From the NCBI GenBank assembly GCA_040386275.1, contig JAZKFU010000003.1, positions 112,554 through 172,382 on the forward strand: a DNA stretch of 59,829 bases, written 5' to 3'. A program made the translations under genes and the position numbers. Below, in pieces: positions 9,972 through 20,338 of the stretch. Below the pieces are notes generated by a model. It ran no database searches and was not told the origin of the DNA. It saw nothing but the letters and a program-made list of their open reading frames with translations. The stretch's first letter is position 1. The number at the start of each line of letters is the position of its first letter. Origin of the DNA: Patescibacteria group bacterium (GTDB lineage: Bacteria > Patescibacteriota > Minisyncoccia > Phycocordibacterales > UBA918).

Positions 9972-11027
9972 ATGTTTTCATTTCCAATCGTCCCCCCAAA
10001 ATATTTACTCACTTCTTTTTTAAAAACGGTGGTATTTTCTATTGTTATTTTATTACTCATTACCATTGGATTATTGGCTTGGATCAACACCTTGCGGGCT
10101 GATGCCAAAACCGTTTGGGGCGTAGATTATTCCGAGAGTCAGGCTATTTATCTGGGTCTAAACCCCGCTGAAACCTATTCAGCCATTATTGACGACCTCG
10201 GAGCTAAACATATTAAAATTCACATTAATTGGAATGCCACTGAACCAAATCGTAGTCAATTTGACTTCACCTCTCTTGATCGCATGGTAAAAGAAGCTGA
10301 ACAAAAAGATGTACAGTTAATTTTGGTAATTGGATTAAAAACGGGACGTTGGCCAGAATGTCATACCCCTTACTGGTTCAAACAAATTGCACCGGAAAAT
10401 CGTGAAGAAGAAATCATCCGCTACATTAGTACTATTGTAGGTCGATATAAAAATTCTGACGCAGTAGCCTTTTGGCAAGTTGAAAATGAAGCGTTAATTG
10501 AGTTTGGAACTTGTTCAGATTGGTACTACGATCAAGGAACTGATTTACTTAATGCTGAAGTGGCCGCGGTACGCGCCCTTGACCCTGAGCGAAAAATTAT
10601 TATTTCCGACTCAGGCGAACTCTCTACCTGGAGTGAGGTGGCAGAAATTGGTGACGTGGTGGGAGTAACGATGTACCGTAGTAGTTGGGATGCAACGGAA
10701 AAAACTTTTGGACTTAACCCGTACACATTCTTGTCTCCGGAATTCTATTCTGCCAAAGCTGCCTTTATCGAATCATATTACGGTAAACCAGTAATCAGCG
10801 TGGAATTACAAGCCGAACCCTGGGCCTCAAAAGGCCTCGCCGAAGCTAGTTTGCGCGAGCAAACCCTCTCTATGAACTCTGAACTCTTTTCAGAAAACGT
10901 GGAGTTCGCCAAACAAGCTGGTTTGGGAGCCTATTATTTCTGGGGAGCAGAATGGTGGTACTGGATGAAAACTAAACACAATCAACCCGAAATTTGGGAC
11001 AAAGCCACTCTATTATTCGCAGAATAA
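9972..11027 (+). CDS. membrane-anchored clan GH-A glycoside hydrolase (GH5/GH42-like TIM barrel)
   Basis: N-terminal TM; WNATEP, WQVENE (acid/base Glu), ISVELQAEPW (nucleophile), YFWGAEWW. Confidence 0.75.
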   Translation: MFSFPIVPPKYLLTSFLKTVVFSIVILLLITIGLLAWINTLRADAKTVWGVDYSESQAIYLGLNPAETYSAIIDDLGAKHIKIHINWNATEPNRSQFDFTSLDRMVKEAEQKDVQLILVIGLKTGRWPECHTPYWFKQIAPENREEEIIRYISTIVGRYKNSDAVAFWQVENEALIEFGTCSDWYYDQGTDLLNAEVAAVRALDPERKIIISDSGELSTWSEVAEIGDVVGVTMYRSSWDATEKTFGLNPYTFLSPEFYSAKAAFIESYYGKPVISVELQAEPWASKGLAEASLREQTLSMNSELFSENVEFAKQAGLGAYYFWGAEWWYWMKTKHNQPEIWDKATLLFAE

Positions 11028-11030
11028 GCC

Positions 11031-11061
11031 AAAAAAGAACCAGCCAGGCTGGTTCTTTTTT
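11031..11061. terminator. intrinsic terminator (A-run/T-run flanked)
   Basis: AAAAAAGAACCAGCC-A-GGCTGGTTCTTTTTT. Confidence 0.8.
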
Positions 11062-11136
11062 GTTATTTATTGACCGATGCATCAGCAGGGAGTAGCATTA
11101 TCATTAGATACAACTAGTTCAGAGAAAGGGACGACG

Positions 11137-11649
11137 ATGAAGGTTCTCGTGTATGCACTCCTTTCGATATGGATATTTTCTTCATCCATGGCCCAAGCCT
11201 TTACTCGCAATGAAGCACAAGCCTGTGCTCAGAAGCTTCTCGACGCATACAATACGAGAACGTATCCTCGGGATAACCTTGCTATTGATGCAATAGTCCA
11301 AAGTGCTTTTGGTCCAATCTTCCGGACATTTTCCGAGTCAGAAAAAACACTGGCCCTGGAGGTTGGCGAACAACATATTCAAGAGTCGTTTACTAAACCA
11401 AGTGGAAAATACCGCTACTGGGATCTCGAAGTTACTGCTGTCGAAAAAAGCAAAACGGGTTACCGAGTCATCGGGTATGTATCGGTACAAACTCCCAGCG
11501 CAAGCGGTCGTTACAACTTTTTGGCGCTTGTAGGAAAAAAGGGGTGCCAAATTCGTCAGGTACGAGTAGCGGATGTGGTGACACTAGTCGATCAGCTGAA
11601 GAATTACTTATCTTCAGACTCGCGAATCAACCACTTATTTAAATCATAG
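11137..11649 (+). CDS. secreted hypothetical protein, weak resemblance to MlaC/Ttg2D fold
   Basis: Signal peptide MKVLVYALLSIWIFSSSMAQA; C-term CQIRQVRVADVVTLVDQL reminiscent of MlaC WKIYDVxVEGVSL. Confidence 0.55.
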   Translation: MKVLVYALLSIWIFSSSMAQAFTRNEAQACAQKLLDAYNTRTYPRDNLAIDAIVQSAFGPIFRTFSESEKTLALEVGEQHIQESFTKPSGKYRYWDLEVTAVEKSKTGYRVIGYVSVQTPSASGRYNFLALVGKKGCQIRQVRVADVVTLVDQLKNYLSSDSRINHLFKS

Positions 11650-11685
11650 AAAAAACCCCGTGCGTACGCGCTCGGGGTTTCTTTT
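11650..11685 (+). terminator. intrinsic terminator
   Basis: AAACCCCG...CGGGGTTT followed by CTTTT. Confidence 0.7.
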
Positions 11686-11700
11686 GCTATACTTATACCT

Positions 11701-13293
11701 ATGAAAAAAATAACTCCCGCCACCCTTACTCGTCTGATGTATTTTATTACAGTTTTTCTCACCGGGGCGGCCGTACTCATATTTGAGGTAGCGGCCGTGC
11801 GCATGTTGGCTCCGTATTTTGGAAGCTCTTTATATGTGCTATCGAGCGTATTAACTACCATCTTGGCAGCGTTAAGTGTGGGTTATTACTTTGGTGGACG
11901 AATTGCTGATCGACTACCCCACCCTACTATTTTGTATCTCATCATTGGTAGTGCCGGTTTAATAATGCTCTTTTTACAAGTACTCGCGACATACACCCTA
12001 CCGCTATCCAATCAGATTTTTTCAATCACGACCGGACCGCTGGTACTTTCGCTCCTGCTGTTTTTTATTCCCGCGTTTTTACTAGGCATTGATTCACCAT
12101 TTGTTATTAAATTACTCACCCAAAATAATACTAACGCGGACCATAACGGTGCGCTGGTTGGATCTATATTTTTCTTTAGTACTATCGGAAGTATCGTGGG
12201 AAGTATCTCAGCGGGCTTCATTTTAATTCCGTACCTTGGATTAACCTTGACCATACTCCTCGTATCGGTTGTGTTAATTGCCTGGGCCTTGATTGCAGCT
12301 TATATAATTGCCCGCAGTAACCCCCAGCCACTCACTTCGTACAGTTTGCCTCTACCTTTACCGTTGCTTGTTATTGTCGGCATCGTGAGCGCTGGTTATT
12401 TTAGTTTTATAACGCTCACCGCGGACCCAATTAAAACCACTGATGTCACCCTTTACCAAGCTGATGGATACTACTCCAACCTTCATATTTTTGACCGCAC
12501 CATGAACGGAACGGTCTTTCGATTCCTAAAAAATGACGTGAACAACTCATCGGCAATTATTCCGGGTTCACCTGCGCCCGTGTTTATGTATACCCAACTT
12601 GCAAATTTATTTACTAGCCACAATAAAGACGCTCAGTCGTACCTGGTGTTAGGTGGTGGGTCATACACTATTCCCCGCTTTATTCATCACGAGCACCCCA
12701 CAATGAAAATTGATGTGGCTGAAATAGAGCCGAGTTTATACTCGCTCGCGCATACGTATTTTGAATTACCTACCACACCACTTATTTCTAGCTACGAGCA
12801 AGACGCTCGGGTTTTTTTACAATCAACCAGCACCCAGTATGACGTGATTTTTTCTGATGTGATGAACTCAGGATTATTTATACCTCCCCATGTAGCGACG
12901 GTAGAATTTTTTGAATCCTTTAAAGCGCGTTTAGCTCCTGATGGTATTGCCATTTTAAATTACATTGGCTCTCTTAACACCAGTTCAATGAGTCTCACTG
13001 GTTCTATGATCAATACTATTTCTACGGTATTTCCAAACTACCAACTTCTCGCACTACGAGGGGTTGATTATAAGGGCATGCAAAACATGATATTTATACT
13101 ACGCCACGATGGCCAGCCTATTACTATTCCAGACCAAGAAATAATTGATTACTTTAGTAGTACCACGAAATCTGCTCCTTCATTACTAGTCAACAAAAAT
13201 AGCTTACAGCTTAACAACCAAACACTTTTTACTGACAATAAATCAAATATCGAGCCACTGATTGTGCGAGAATTTTCAAAAGCTCGATTATAG
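11701..13293 (+). CDS. fused membrane domain / spermidine synthase-like methyltransferase
   Basis: GAAVLIFEVAAVRMLAPYFGSS TM block; LVLGGGSYTIP, DVAEIEP, DARVFL, YDVIFSD, TVEFF. Confidence 0.88.
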   Translation: MKKITPATLTRLMYFITVFLTGAAVLIFEVAAVRMLAPYFGSSLYVLSSVLTTILAALSVGYYFGGRIADRLPHPTILYLIIGSAGLIMLFLQVLATYTLPLSNQIFSITTGPLVLSLLLFFIPAFLLGIDSPFVIKLLTQNNTNADHNGALVGSIFFFSTIGSIVGSISAGFILIPYLGLTLTILLVSVVLIAWALIAAYIIARSNPQPLTSYSLPLPLPLLVIVGIVSAGYFSFITLTADPIKTTDVTLYQADGYYSNLHIFDRTMNGTVFRFLKNDVNNSSAIIPGSPAPVFMYTQLANLFTSHNKDAQSYLVLGGGSYTIPRFIHHEHPTMKIDVAEIEPSLYSLAHTYFELPTTPLISSYEQDARVFLQSTSTQYDVIFSDVMNSGLFIPPHVATVEFFESFKARLAPDGIAILNYIGSLNTSSMSLTGSMINTISTVFPNYQLLALRGVDYKGMQNMIFILRHDGQPITIPDQEIIDYFSSTTKSAPSLLVNKNSLQLNNQTLFTDNKSNIEPLIVREFSKARL

Positions 13294-13400
13294 GCAATAT
13301 CCCGACCAGATAAATAATGTACCCTGTTCGATATTGACAAAACGTATTTATTAACATATTGTACAGTCAAATAGAAATCTAGTTCCGAGGTGCTCACAAA

Positions 13401-13682
13401 ATGAACCCTGAATCGTTGCAATCTGTTTCTAACCGATTGCAAGCAATATTGTTTGCGATGTGCATGATAATTACCCTCAGCTTCTGGCTGGGATTCTATC
13501 GCGCAGAGTTTTGGATTGTCTATGGTTATTTTATGGTCCTGAGCTTCACGACCGCTAGTATTATTGGTCATCTAAACGAGAAGATATTCCAACTCAGTGT
13601 AGACAGCCAATTCTCAGAGGTGCATATCTTAGCTAGACCAGAAACGGGCTTGGCCAATACACCAGAATCCGTGGCAGCATAA
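13401..13682 (+). CDS. small membrane hypothetical protein
   Basis: SD-like GAGG upstream, two hydrophobic segments, own downstream terminator. Confidence 0.55.
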   Translation: MNPESLQSVSNRLQAILFAMCMIITLSFWLGFYRAEFWIVYGYFMVLSFTTASIIGHLNEKIFQLSVDSQFSEVHILARPETGLANTPESVAA

Positions 13683-13694
13683 TTCTAGCCATAG

Positions 13695-13780
13695 ACACCA
13701 CCCCATACATTTTGGGGTGGTGTGTTTTTAATGTCTTTCGCTCCACTAGCAAAAAACACTACCGTAGGGTAGTGTTTTTT
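13695..13780. terminator. two intrinsic terminator hairpins between convergent genes
   Basis: ACACCACCCC...GGGGTGGTGT and AAAAAACACTACC...GGTAGTGTTTTTT. Confidence 0.75.
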
Positions 13781-13783
13781 GTA

Positions 13784-16483
13784 TTACTTAACTGCAGTAA
13801 CGGCTTTAGTGGATTTCTTTTTAACCCCACTTAATCCGGCTCGGGCTCTTTTTTTTACTTCAAAGGTTAGTTCATCTTTTTTCATATCTACCCGCACGGT
13901 ACCTCCACGAAGCATACCTTCACCGACCATCATTGAAGCAACCGGGGTAAGAATTTTAGTTTGAATTACTCGCTTGAGTGGACGAGCACCAAATTTTGGA
14001 TCGTACCCTTCTTTTCCAATATAATCAAGTACACTGTCTGCGATAGATAATACAATCTCTTTATGACGAAGTCGTTTGATAACATCTTCAATTTGCAATG
14101 CAACAATACTGCGAATCGTAGCCGGTGAGAGAATGTCAAAAACAACAATTTCATCAAGTCGATTGAGGAATTCTGGTCTGAAAAAGCCTTTCAGACTATC
14201 CATCACTTTATCTTTAGCTTGCGTGTACTGCGCCACTTCCCCCTTGTCTGAGGTAAAGCCAAAGTTAGACATACGGTCGATATGTTCAGCCCCGATGTTT
14301 GAGGTCATGATAATCACTGTGTTGCGGAAGTTAATCTTTCGTCCCTTAGAATCGGTAAGGTGACCCGAATCAAGCACCTGAAGCAAAATGTTAAATACTT
14401 CCGGGTGCGCTTTTTCAATCTCATCGAGGAGAATCACTGAGTATGGTCGGTGACGTACTCGTTCAGCAAAGTTACTGCCCTCATCGTGTCCAACATACCC
14501 TGGCGGAGAACCAATAATTTTTGACACTGAGTGTTTCTCCATAAACTCAGACATGTCGATACGCAACAGTGCCTCGGGATCATTAAACATAAATTCCGCT
14601 ACTGCCCGTGACAGCTCAGTCTTACCTACACCAGTTGGCCCCAAGAATAAGAACGAACCAATCGGACGATTCGGATCAGCAATCCCAGCGCGTGATCGCT
14701 TGATAGCGCTCGATACTAAGTTAATAGCATTTTCTTGTCCCACCACTTTTGATTTAAGAATCTCTTCCATACGGGCCAATTTAGCCGCTTCAGCTTCAAG
14801 CATGCGCGATACCGGGATTCCAGTCCAACGAGAAACCACACTAGCAATTTCTTCTTCGGCCACTTCTTCTTTAAGCAACCGGCGACTGCGTTGCAGTTTC
14901 TTTAACCGTTTCATTTTAGCATCAAGCTCACGCTCTTTAGTCGGAATCGCGTCATATCGAATCTCGGCCGCTCGGGTAAGATCCGCTACCGCTTCAGCGC
15001 TATCCGCATCTTGACGTAGTTCTTCTAATTGTTTTTTCAGGAGACTAATATCATGAAGCGCTTCCTTTTCGTTATTCCATTTTGTTTCAAGAGCTGAGGT
15101 AGTTTCCTTAAGCTCACCAATTTCGTGAGTAATTTCCTTGAGCCGATCTTTAATTTTCTTTTTCTGATCGGTCATCGCTTCTTCTTTTTTGAGCGCTTCC
15201 CGCTCAATTTCTAAACGACGGATTTGTCGATCAGATTCCACCAATTCTTCCGGTTTATTCTCAAGAGAAATACGTAGAGCAGACGCAGCTTCGTCAATCA
15301 GGTCAATCGCCTTGTCAGGCAAGAAACGATCGGTGATGTAGCGAGCTGATAAATTAACCGCCGCCACAATCGCGTCATCAGTAATGCGCACACCGTGGTA
15401 CAACTCATATTTTTCAGCAATACCACGTAGGATAGACACCGCGTCATCAATACTCGGTTCGTTTACATACACCGGCTGGAACCGTCGTGTGAGAGCAGGG
15501 TCTCGTTCGATATGCTTTTGGTATTCTTTTAACGTAGTAGCACCAATCACCCGCATTTCACCACGCGCAAGCGCGGGCTTTAGCATATTAGACGCATCCA
15601 TTGATCCTTCAGCCGAACCAGCCCCGACAATTGTATGGAGCTCATCAATAAATAAAATAATTTGGCCAGCTGCGCCTTCAATCTCTTTCATGACCGCCTT
15701 AAGACGTTCTTCAAATTCACCGCGGAATTTAGTACCGGCAACCAGCAAGCCCAGATCAAGCGAAAGAATTTCTTTCCCCTTGATTGATTCTGGCACCTGT
15801 CCTTGTGCGATTTGTTGGGCGAGGCCTTCCGCGATAGCGGTTTTACCCACACCTGCTTCTCCGATGAGTACCGGGTTATTTTTAGTTCGTCGTGACAAAA
15901 TCTGAATCACCCGCTGCACTTCAGTATCTCGTCCAATCACCGGATCAAGTTTATTATCTTGAGCAAGTTTCGTAAGATTACGCGTGTATTTACTAAGCGC
16001 TCTAAATTTCTTTGGTCGTTCCGCGTCACTCACATGATGTTCGCGAATATCTTTAATGACACTCATCACTTTGTTTTTATCAAGACCAATGCGTTGCATG
16101 ATTTCAAGCGCCGGACCCGGGTGTTCTAGTGTCGCTAAAAAGAGGTGTTCAACCCCAACGTAGGAGTCACCCAGTTGCTCAGCTAAAATACCTGAATATT
16201 CAAGACCCTTGGCGAGTTCGGGTGTGAGGTAGAGTTGATACGATTGAGAAATATTTGAGGTCGTTTCTGATCCTTCGAGGGCTTCGAGCAATAAATCAGT
16301 GAACACGATAATATCGATATCCATTTTATCAAGTACAGAAATTACCATGCTCTCATCTTGCATGGAGAGCGCAGTGAGCAAATGTACGGGACTTACATGA
16401 TTTTGACCTCGCTCAATAGCGAGTTCATGTGCTTTTCGAATAGCCTCCTTTGCTTTAGTCGTGAAGTTGTGGAAATTTGGCAT
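13784..16483 (-). CDS. clpB: ATP-dependent chaperone ClpB
   Basis: Clp N domain, two AAA+ modules ([16 protein letters not shown]), coiled-coil middle domain (AEIRY). Confidence 0.95.
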   Translation of the reverse strand: MPNFHNFTTKAKEAIRKAHELAIERGQNHVSPVHLLTALSMQDESMVISVLDKMDIDIIVFTDLLLEALEGSETTSNISQSYQLYLTPELAKGLEYSGILAEQLGDSYVGVEHLFLATLEHPGPALEIMQRIGLDKNKVMSVIKDIREHHVSDAERPKKFRALSKYTRNLTKLAQDNKLDPVIGRDTEVQRVIQILSRRTKNNPVLIGEAGVGKTAIAEGLAQQIAQGQVPESIKGKEILSLDLGLLVAGTKFRGEFEERLKAVMKEIEGAAGQIILFIDELHTIVGAGSAEGSMDASNMLKPALARGEMRVIGATTLKEYQKHIERDPALTRRFQPVYVNEPSIDDAVSILRGIAEKYELYHGVRITDDAIVAAVNLSARYITDRFLPDKAIDLIDEAASALRISLENKPEELVESDRQIRRLEIEREALKKEEAMTDQKKKIKDRLKEITHEIGELKETTSALETKWNNEKEALHDISLLKKQLEELRQDADSAEAVADLTRAAEIRYDAIPTKERELDAKMKRLKKLQRSRRLLKEEVAEEEIASVVSRWTGIPVSRMLEAEAAKLARMEEILKSKVVGQENAINLVSSAIKRSRAGIADPNRPIGSFLFLGPTGVGKTELSRAVAEFMFNDPEALLRIDMSEFMEKHSVSKIIGSPPGYVGHDEGSNFAERVRHRPYSVILLDEIEKAHPEVFNILLQVLDSGHLTDSKGRKINFRNTVIIMTSNIGAEHIDRMSNFGFTSDKGEVAQYTQAKDKVMDSLKGFFRPEFLNRLDEIVVFDILSPATIRSIVALQIEDVIKRLRHKEIVLSIADSVLDYIGKEGYDPKFGARPLKRVIQTKILTPVASMMVGEGMLRGGTVRVDMKKDELTFEVKKRARAGLSGVKKKSTKAVTAVK

Positions 16484-16616
16484 AAGGCTTGGAAATTAAG
16501 GCGAACAAAACAGAATGACAGACACGTTGGGAATCTCAGCAATAACTCTAGTATACCATTACGTATGAGTGAGTTATAAACACAATATTACCATGAAATA
16601 AGGTCACTGTCAAAAA

Positions 16617-17963
16617 CTAATGGACATTGTTTTTAATAAATAACACAAGCGTATCAATAGTTTTTTGGATTTCTCGGGTGGTGGTGTTGAGTCCTAAACT
16701 AAACCTCAATGTCGTGTTCGCTCGGTCACTATCGTGGGTAATTGCGTGCACTACTGTACTTCCGCCCCCACCGGCACTACTACAGGCGCTTTTAGTACTC
16801 AGTGCAATACCCGCTACATCAAGCGACACTACCGCAAATTCACTATCAATTCCTGGAATAGAAATATTAATATTATTAGCCACCCGATACTCCCCTTGCA
16901 CTCCATTTACTACGGCTGTGGGAATAGTTTCTTTCAATTGAGCGAAAAAATAGTCTTGCAGCACTTTTACCGCTTGAGAATTTTCTGCCCAGTGGGTCTG
17001 TGCTAATTCAAACGCTTTTGCAAACCCGACGATTGACGCTACCGATTCTGTCCCAGGACGCAAACCCCCTTCTTGCCCACCACCATAACTACTATTTTTA
17101 AGAGGTGCTCGTTTTAAATGAATCAGTGCGCCCACTCCTTTTGGTCCTCCAAATTTACCCGCATCAAGCGAAAGCAGGTCACAGCCCAGCCGCGTCAGCT
17201 CACACGGAAGCCATAATGGTGCTTGAGCAGCATCCACATGCAAAAAGATTATAGCGTCATGCACCTTAGAGAACTTAGCGAGAACCCGACTAATTGCCCC
17301 CACATCTTGAATAACACCAATTTCACTATTTACATACGCTACTGAAACTAAAAGCGTGTTTGGCGTCAGGAGATTAGGTAGTTCCGATACAATAATTTGC
17401 CCTCCCTCGTCAACGGGAGCATAGGTAACTTTTACTCCGAGCGTTGCTAAGTACTCAAACGTTTTACTCGTTGCCGGATGTTCAATAGCGGTTGTGATAA
17501 TTTCTATCTGGTCGTACGGGACCCCACTTTCGTGACGTGCTTTAACTGCACCCAGTATCGCCAGATTGTTACTTTCAGTACCGCCACTCGTAAACGTCAC
17601 ACACTCCGGCTGTACCGAAAGTAAACGGGCGACATGTGTCCGCGCCTGCTCAAGCGCCGCTTTAGCTTGCTGTCCCTCCGTATGAATAGAGCTCGGGTTG
17701 CCATGGGATTCAGTCAAATACGGCATCATCGCTTCTAAAACTTCAGGGCGCAGGGGCGTGGCTGAAGCATGATCTAAATAAATCCGGCTAAAACTTTGTT
17801 CTAAAACCTCATCTGCTTTGTTGGCTGCGTCAGAAAAAACCTCATCGTACGAAATGTACGTTTCGGCATTTTCTTCCTTGCCGTCGCGCATCTGAGGCTT
17901 TATACCAAATTTTAGATTAGCTTCGATTAAATTTTTTAATTTCTTGGGAGAAAGTGTAAACAT
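16617..17963 (-). CDS. iscS: cysteine desulfurase (IscS/NifS family) with N-terminal extension
   Basis: IYLDHASATP, GNPSSIH, FTSGGTESNN, HVDAAQ, SLDAGKFGGPKGVG, STKSACSS; start uncertain (17963 or 17891). Confidence 0.9.
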   Translation of the reverse strand: MFTLSPKKLKNLIEANLKFGIKPQMRDGKEENAETYISYDEVFSDAANKADEVLEQSFSRIYLDHASATPLRPEVLEAMMPYLTESHGNPSSIHTEGQQAKAALEQARTHVARLLSVQPECVTFTSGGTESNNLAILGAVKARHESGVPYDQIEIITTAIEHPATSKTFEYLATLGVKVTYAPVDEGGQIIVSELPNLLTPNTLLVSVAYVNSEIGVIQDVGAISRVLAKFSKVHDAIIFLHVDAAQAPLWLPCELTRLGCDLLSLDAGKFGGPKGVGALIHLKRAPLKNSSYGGGQEGGLRPGTESVASIVGFAKAFELAQTHWAENSQAVKVLQDYFFAQLKETIPTAVVNGVQGEYRVANNINISIPGIDSEFAVVSLDVAGIALSTKSACSSAGGGGSTVVHAITHDSDRANTTLRFSLGLNTTTREIQKTIDTLVLFIKNNVH

Positions 17964-18075
17964 TTTTAAATCATGACACAGGGTGATATTTCTGTAAATA
18001 TCTGCTATACTCCCCATACTTATAAGGGTCAAAGGAGGCTCTCCGACCAATAATTAACAGCAACCACAATTTCAC

Positions 18076-19575
18076 ATGGCAAAAAATATCAAAAACTCAG
18101 CTCCCAAAATCACCAAACGTCCACCCATTGTGGTTGTAATGGGTCATATTGACCACGGTAAATCAACGCTTTTAGACTATATTCGCAAAAGTAATGTAGT
18201 AACGGGTGAAGCGGGCGGTATTACCCAGCACCTCTCTGCCTACGTGGTTGAGCACAAAACTAAAGACGGCGCCCACGAACACATCACGTTTTTAGACACT
18301 CCAGGACACGCTGCCTTCCAAAAGATGCGCTTGCGCGGAGCTGACGTTGCCGATATTGCTGTTTTGGTAGTTTCAGCCGAAGACGGGGTAAAACCACAAA
18401 CCCTAGAAGCCTTAGAATCCATTAAAGCCGCCGGCATCCCGATGATTGTGGCGATTAATAAAATTGATAAACCAGGCGCTGATATTCCACGAACACAAGC
18501 CAGTCTGATTGAACACGAAATTTATATTGAAGGCATGGGAGGAGATATCCCGTGGGCACCGATTTCAGCCAAGGCTGGTACAGGCATTAGTGACCTCCTT
18601 GATCTCATCATTCTCGCTGCCGATGTTGCTGAACTCACCGGTGACACCAACGCTCCGGCAACGGGAACTATCATCGACGGGAAAATGGATGCCAAACGAG
18701 GCAACACCGCCACCCTTATCATTAAAAACGGAACCTTGAAGTCGGGACAGTTTGTGGTTTCTGGTCATTCCTTTGCACCCGTCCGCATTATGGAAGACTC
18801 ATATGGAAAGACTCTCAAAGAGGCTACCCTCTCGATGCCCGTTGGTATCGTTGGCTTTACGACTATCCCGAAAGCCGGGAGTGAATTTTATACTGTCAGT
18901 AGCAAAAAAGAAGCTGAGCTCGCATTACTCAACACTGAAACTCCCGAAGTCATTGCGCACAAAAAAACTAACCTGCCAACTATTCCCATTCTTATTAAGG
19001 CCGACATGCTAGGCACTATTGATGCCATTGAACACGAACTGAATAACTTTGTCTCAGACCGAATCAGTGTGCGCATTATTGATACCGGGGTGGGTGCAAT
19101 TTCAGAAAGTGACGTGCGAAACGTGAGCGCGACGCCTGACGCTATTATCGTAGGATTTAACGTAGCGGTTGAACGCGCGGCAGCTGACTTAGCCACTATC
19201 CGCGGGGTAGAAATCGATACGTTCTCTATCATTTACGAACTATCAGATTGGCTAAACAACGCCCTTAAAAACCGAACTCCGAAAAAAGAAGAACGGGTAG
19301 TGATTGGTCACGCTAAAATCATCAAACATTTTAGTACCCAGAAAAACACCCACGTATTAGGAGGACGGATTGAAGATGGCATGATGAAATTAGGCGCTCA
19401 AGTCCAAATCTTGCGTCGTGACATTGATATGGGACGAGGCGTTGTCAAAAACCTGCAACAGCAAAAATCTGACGTCAAACAAGTGGACGAAGGAGAATTT
19501 GGTATGCAAATTGATTCCCGCGTAGAAATTGCCCCCGGCGACGTACTAGAATGCTTCGAAATGGTAATTTCATAA
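18076..19575 (+). CDS. infB: translation initiation factor IF-2 (short form)
   Basis: RPPIVVVMGHIDHGKSTLLD, EAGGITQH, DTPGHAAF, NKID. Confidence 0.97.
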   Translation: MAKNIKNSAPKITKRPPIVVVMGHIDHGKSTLLDYIRKSNVVTGEAGGITQHLSAYVVEHKTKDGAHEHITFLDTPGHAAFQKMRLRGADVADIAVLVVSAEDGVKPQTLEALESIKAAGIPMIVAINKIDKPGADIPRTQASLIEHEIYIEGMGGDIPWAPISAKAGTGISDLLDLIILAADVAELTGDTNAPATGTIIDGKMDAKRGNTATLIIKNGTLKSGQFVVSGHSFAPVRIMEDSYGKTLKEATLSMPVGIVGFTTIPKAGSEFYTVSSKKEAELALLNTETPEVIAHKKTNLPTIPILIKADMLGTIDAIEHELNNFVSDRISVRIIDTGVGAISESDVRNVSATPDAIIVGFNVAVERAAADLATIRGVEIDTFSIIYELSDWLNNALKNRTPKKEERVVIGHAKIIKHFSTQKNTHVLGGRIEDGMMKLGAQVQILRRDIDMGRGVVKNLQQQKSDVKQVDEGEFGMQIDSRVEIAPGDVLECFEMVIS

Positions 19576-19577
19576 TT

Positions 19578-20006
19578 ATGGCAGCACCCTCATCATTTGA
19601 CCGCCATGACCGCGCCGCGTCTTTATTAAAAGAAGTCGTCGCCAAGTTCATCCAACTCGAAGCCAACACCAACCCGATGATTACGGTGACGCATGTAACT
19701 GTGTCTCCTGACTATCGCAAAGTAACGGTGTATGTGACGACCATCCCTGACGGACGTGAAGCTGATGCCTTAATTTTCTTAAAACGTTCAGCGAGCGAAA
19801 TGCGGGGCTACGTAAAAAAACGAACCAACCTAAAGATTATCCCCCACCTTGAATTTGCCTACGACTACGGCGAGAAGCACCGCCAACACATCGACGAGAT
19901 AGCCCGTGATATCGACGAAACCAGTCACAAAACAAGCGAAGAAGTAGTAGATGAATTATTGGATTCTGGAAAAGAATCAAATAAAGAAATAACAGACAAT
20001 CAGTAA
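19578..20006 (+). CDS. rbfA: ribosome-binding factor A
   Basis: ITVTHVTVSPD..KV.VYV, LKIIPHLEFAYD; follows infB. Confidence 0.9.
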   Translation: MAAPSSFDRHDRAASLLKEVVAKFIQLEANTNPMITVTHVTVSPDYRKVTVYVTTIPDGREADALIFLKRSASEMRGYVKKRTNLKIIPHLEFAYDYGEKHRQHIDEIARDIDETSHKTSEEVVDELLDSGKESNKEITDNQ

Positions 20007-20046
20007 ATATAAAAACCTTTCAGTTAACTGAAAGGTTTTTATATTT
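20005..20046. terminator. perfect 42-bp palindrome, bidirectional terminator
   Basis: AAATATAAAAACCTTTCAGTT|AACTGAAAGGTTTTTATATTT. Confidence 0.8.
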
Positions 20047-20172
20047 GAGACCGAGGCGGGATTCGAAACTTACAGTTTCAGTACAGGTTGTCGCTACTTT
20101 TGAAAAGTAGCTGGCAACCTTTTCGAATCCCGCCACCAAAATAAAAACACCCGAGACGGGTGTTTTTATTTT
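20044..20172 (-). repeat. tRNA-Cys trailer element (terminator, inverted T-arm copy, module B, 24-bp direct repeat of tRNA 3' end)
   Basis: TTTGAGACCGAGGCGGGATTCGAA at 20044-20067 and 20170-20193; TTCGAATCCCGCC inverted copy at 20122-20134. Confidence 0.85.
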
Positions 20173-20173
20173 G

Positions 20174-20246
20174 AGACCGAGGCGGGATTCGAACCCGCGA
20201 ATGGCGGTTTTGCAAACCGCAGCGTTAGCCCCTTCGCCACCCGGTC
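20174..20246 (-). tRNA. tRNA-Cys(GCA)
   Basis: Reverse complement GACCGGGTGGCGAAGGGGCTAACGCTGCGGTTTGCAAAACCGCCATTCGCGGGTTCGAATCCCGCCTCGGTCT folds into a cloverleaf. Confidence 0.95.
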
Positions 20247-20338
20247 AAGACCACTACTCTATCACCATTCAATGACTTTATAAACCCTAATTGTTGTGGA
20301 ATACTTATATGAAGTACTAAACTTTCATCTTTACCATC

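Noticed and set aside
16484-16616. CIRCE/CtsR heat-shock operator upstream of clpB
   Set aside because: No TTAGCACTC-N9-GAGTGCTAA or clear heptad direct repeat is visible.
20044-20193. Prophage or genomic island bounded by attL/attR at tRNA-Cys (likewise Ser, Phe)
   Set aside because: The direct repeats are only about 130-330 bp apart and enclose no ORF; there is no integrase in the window.
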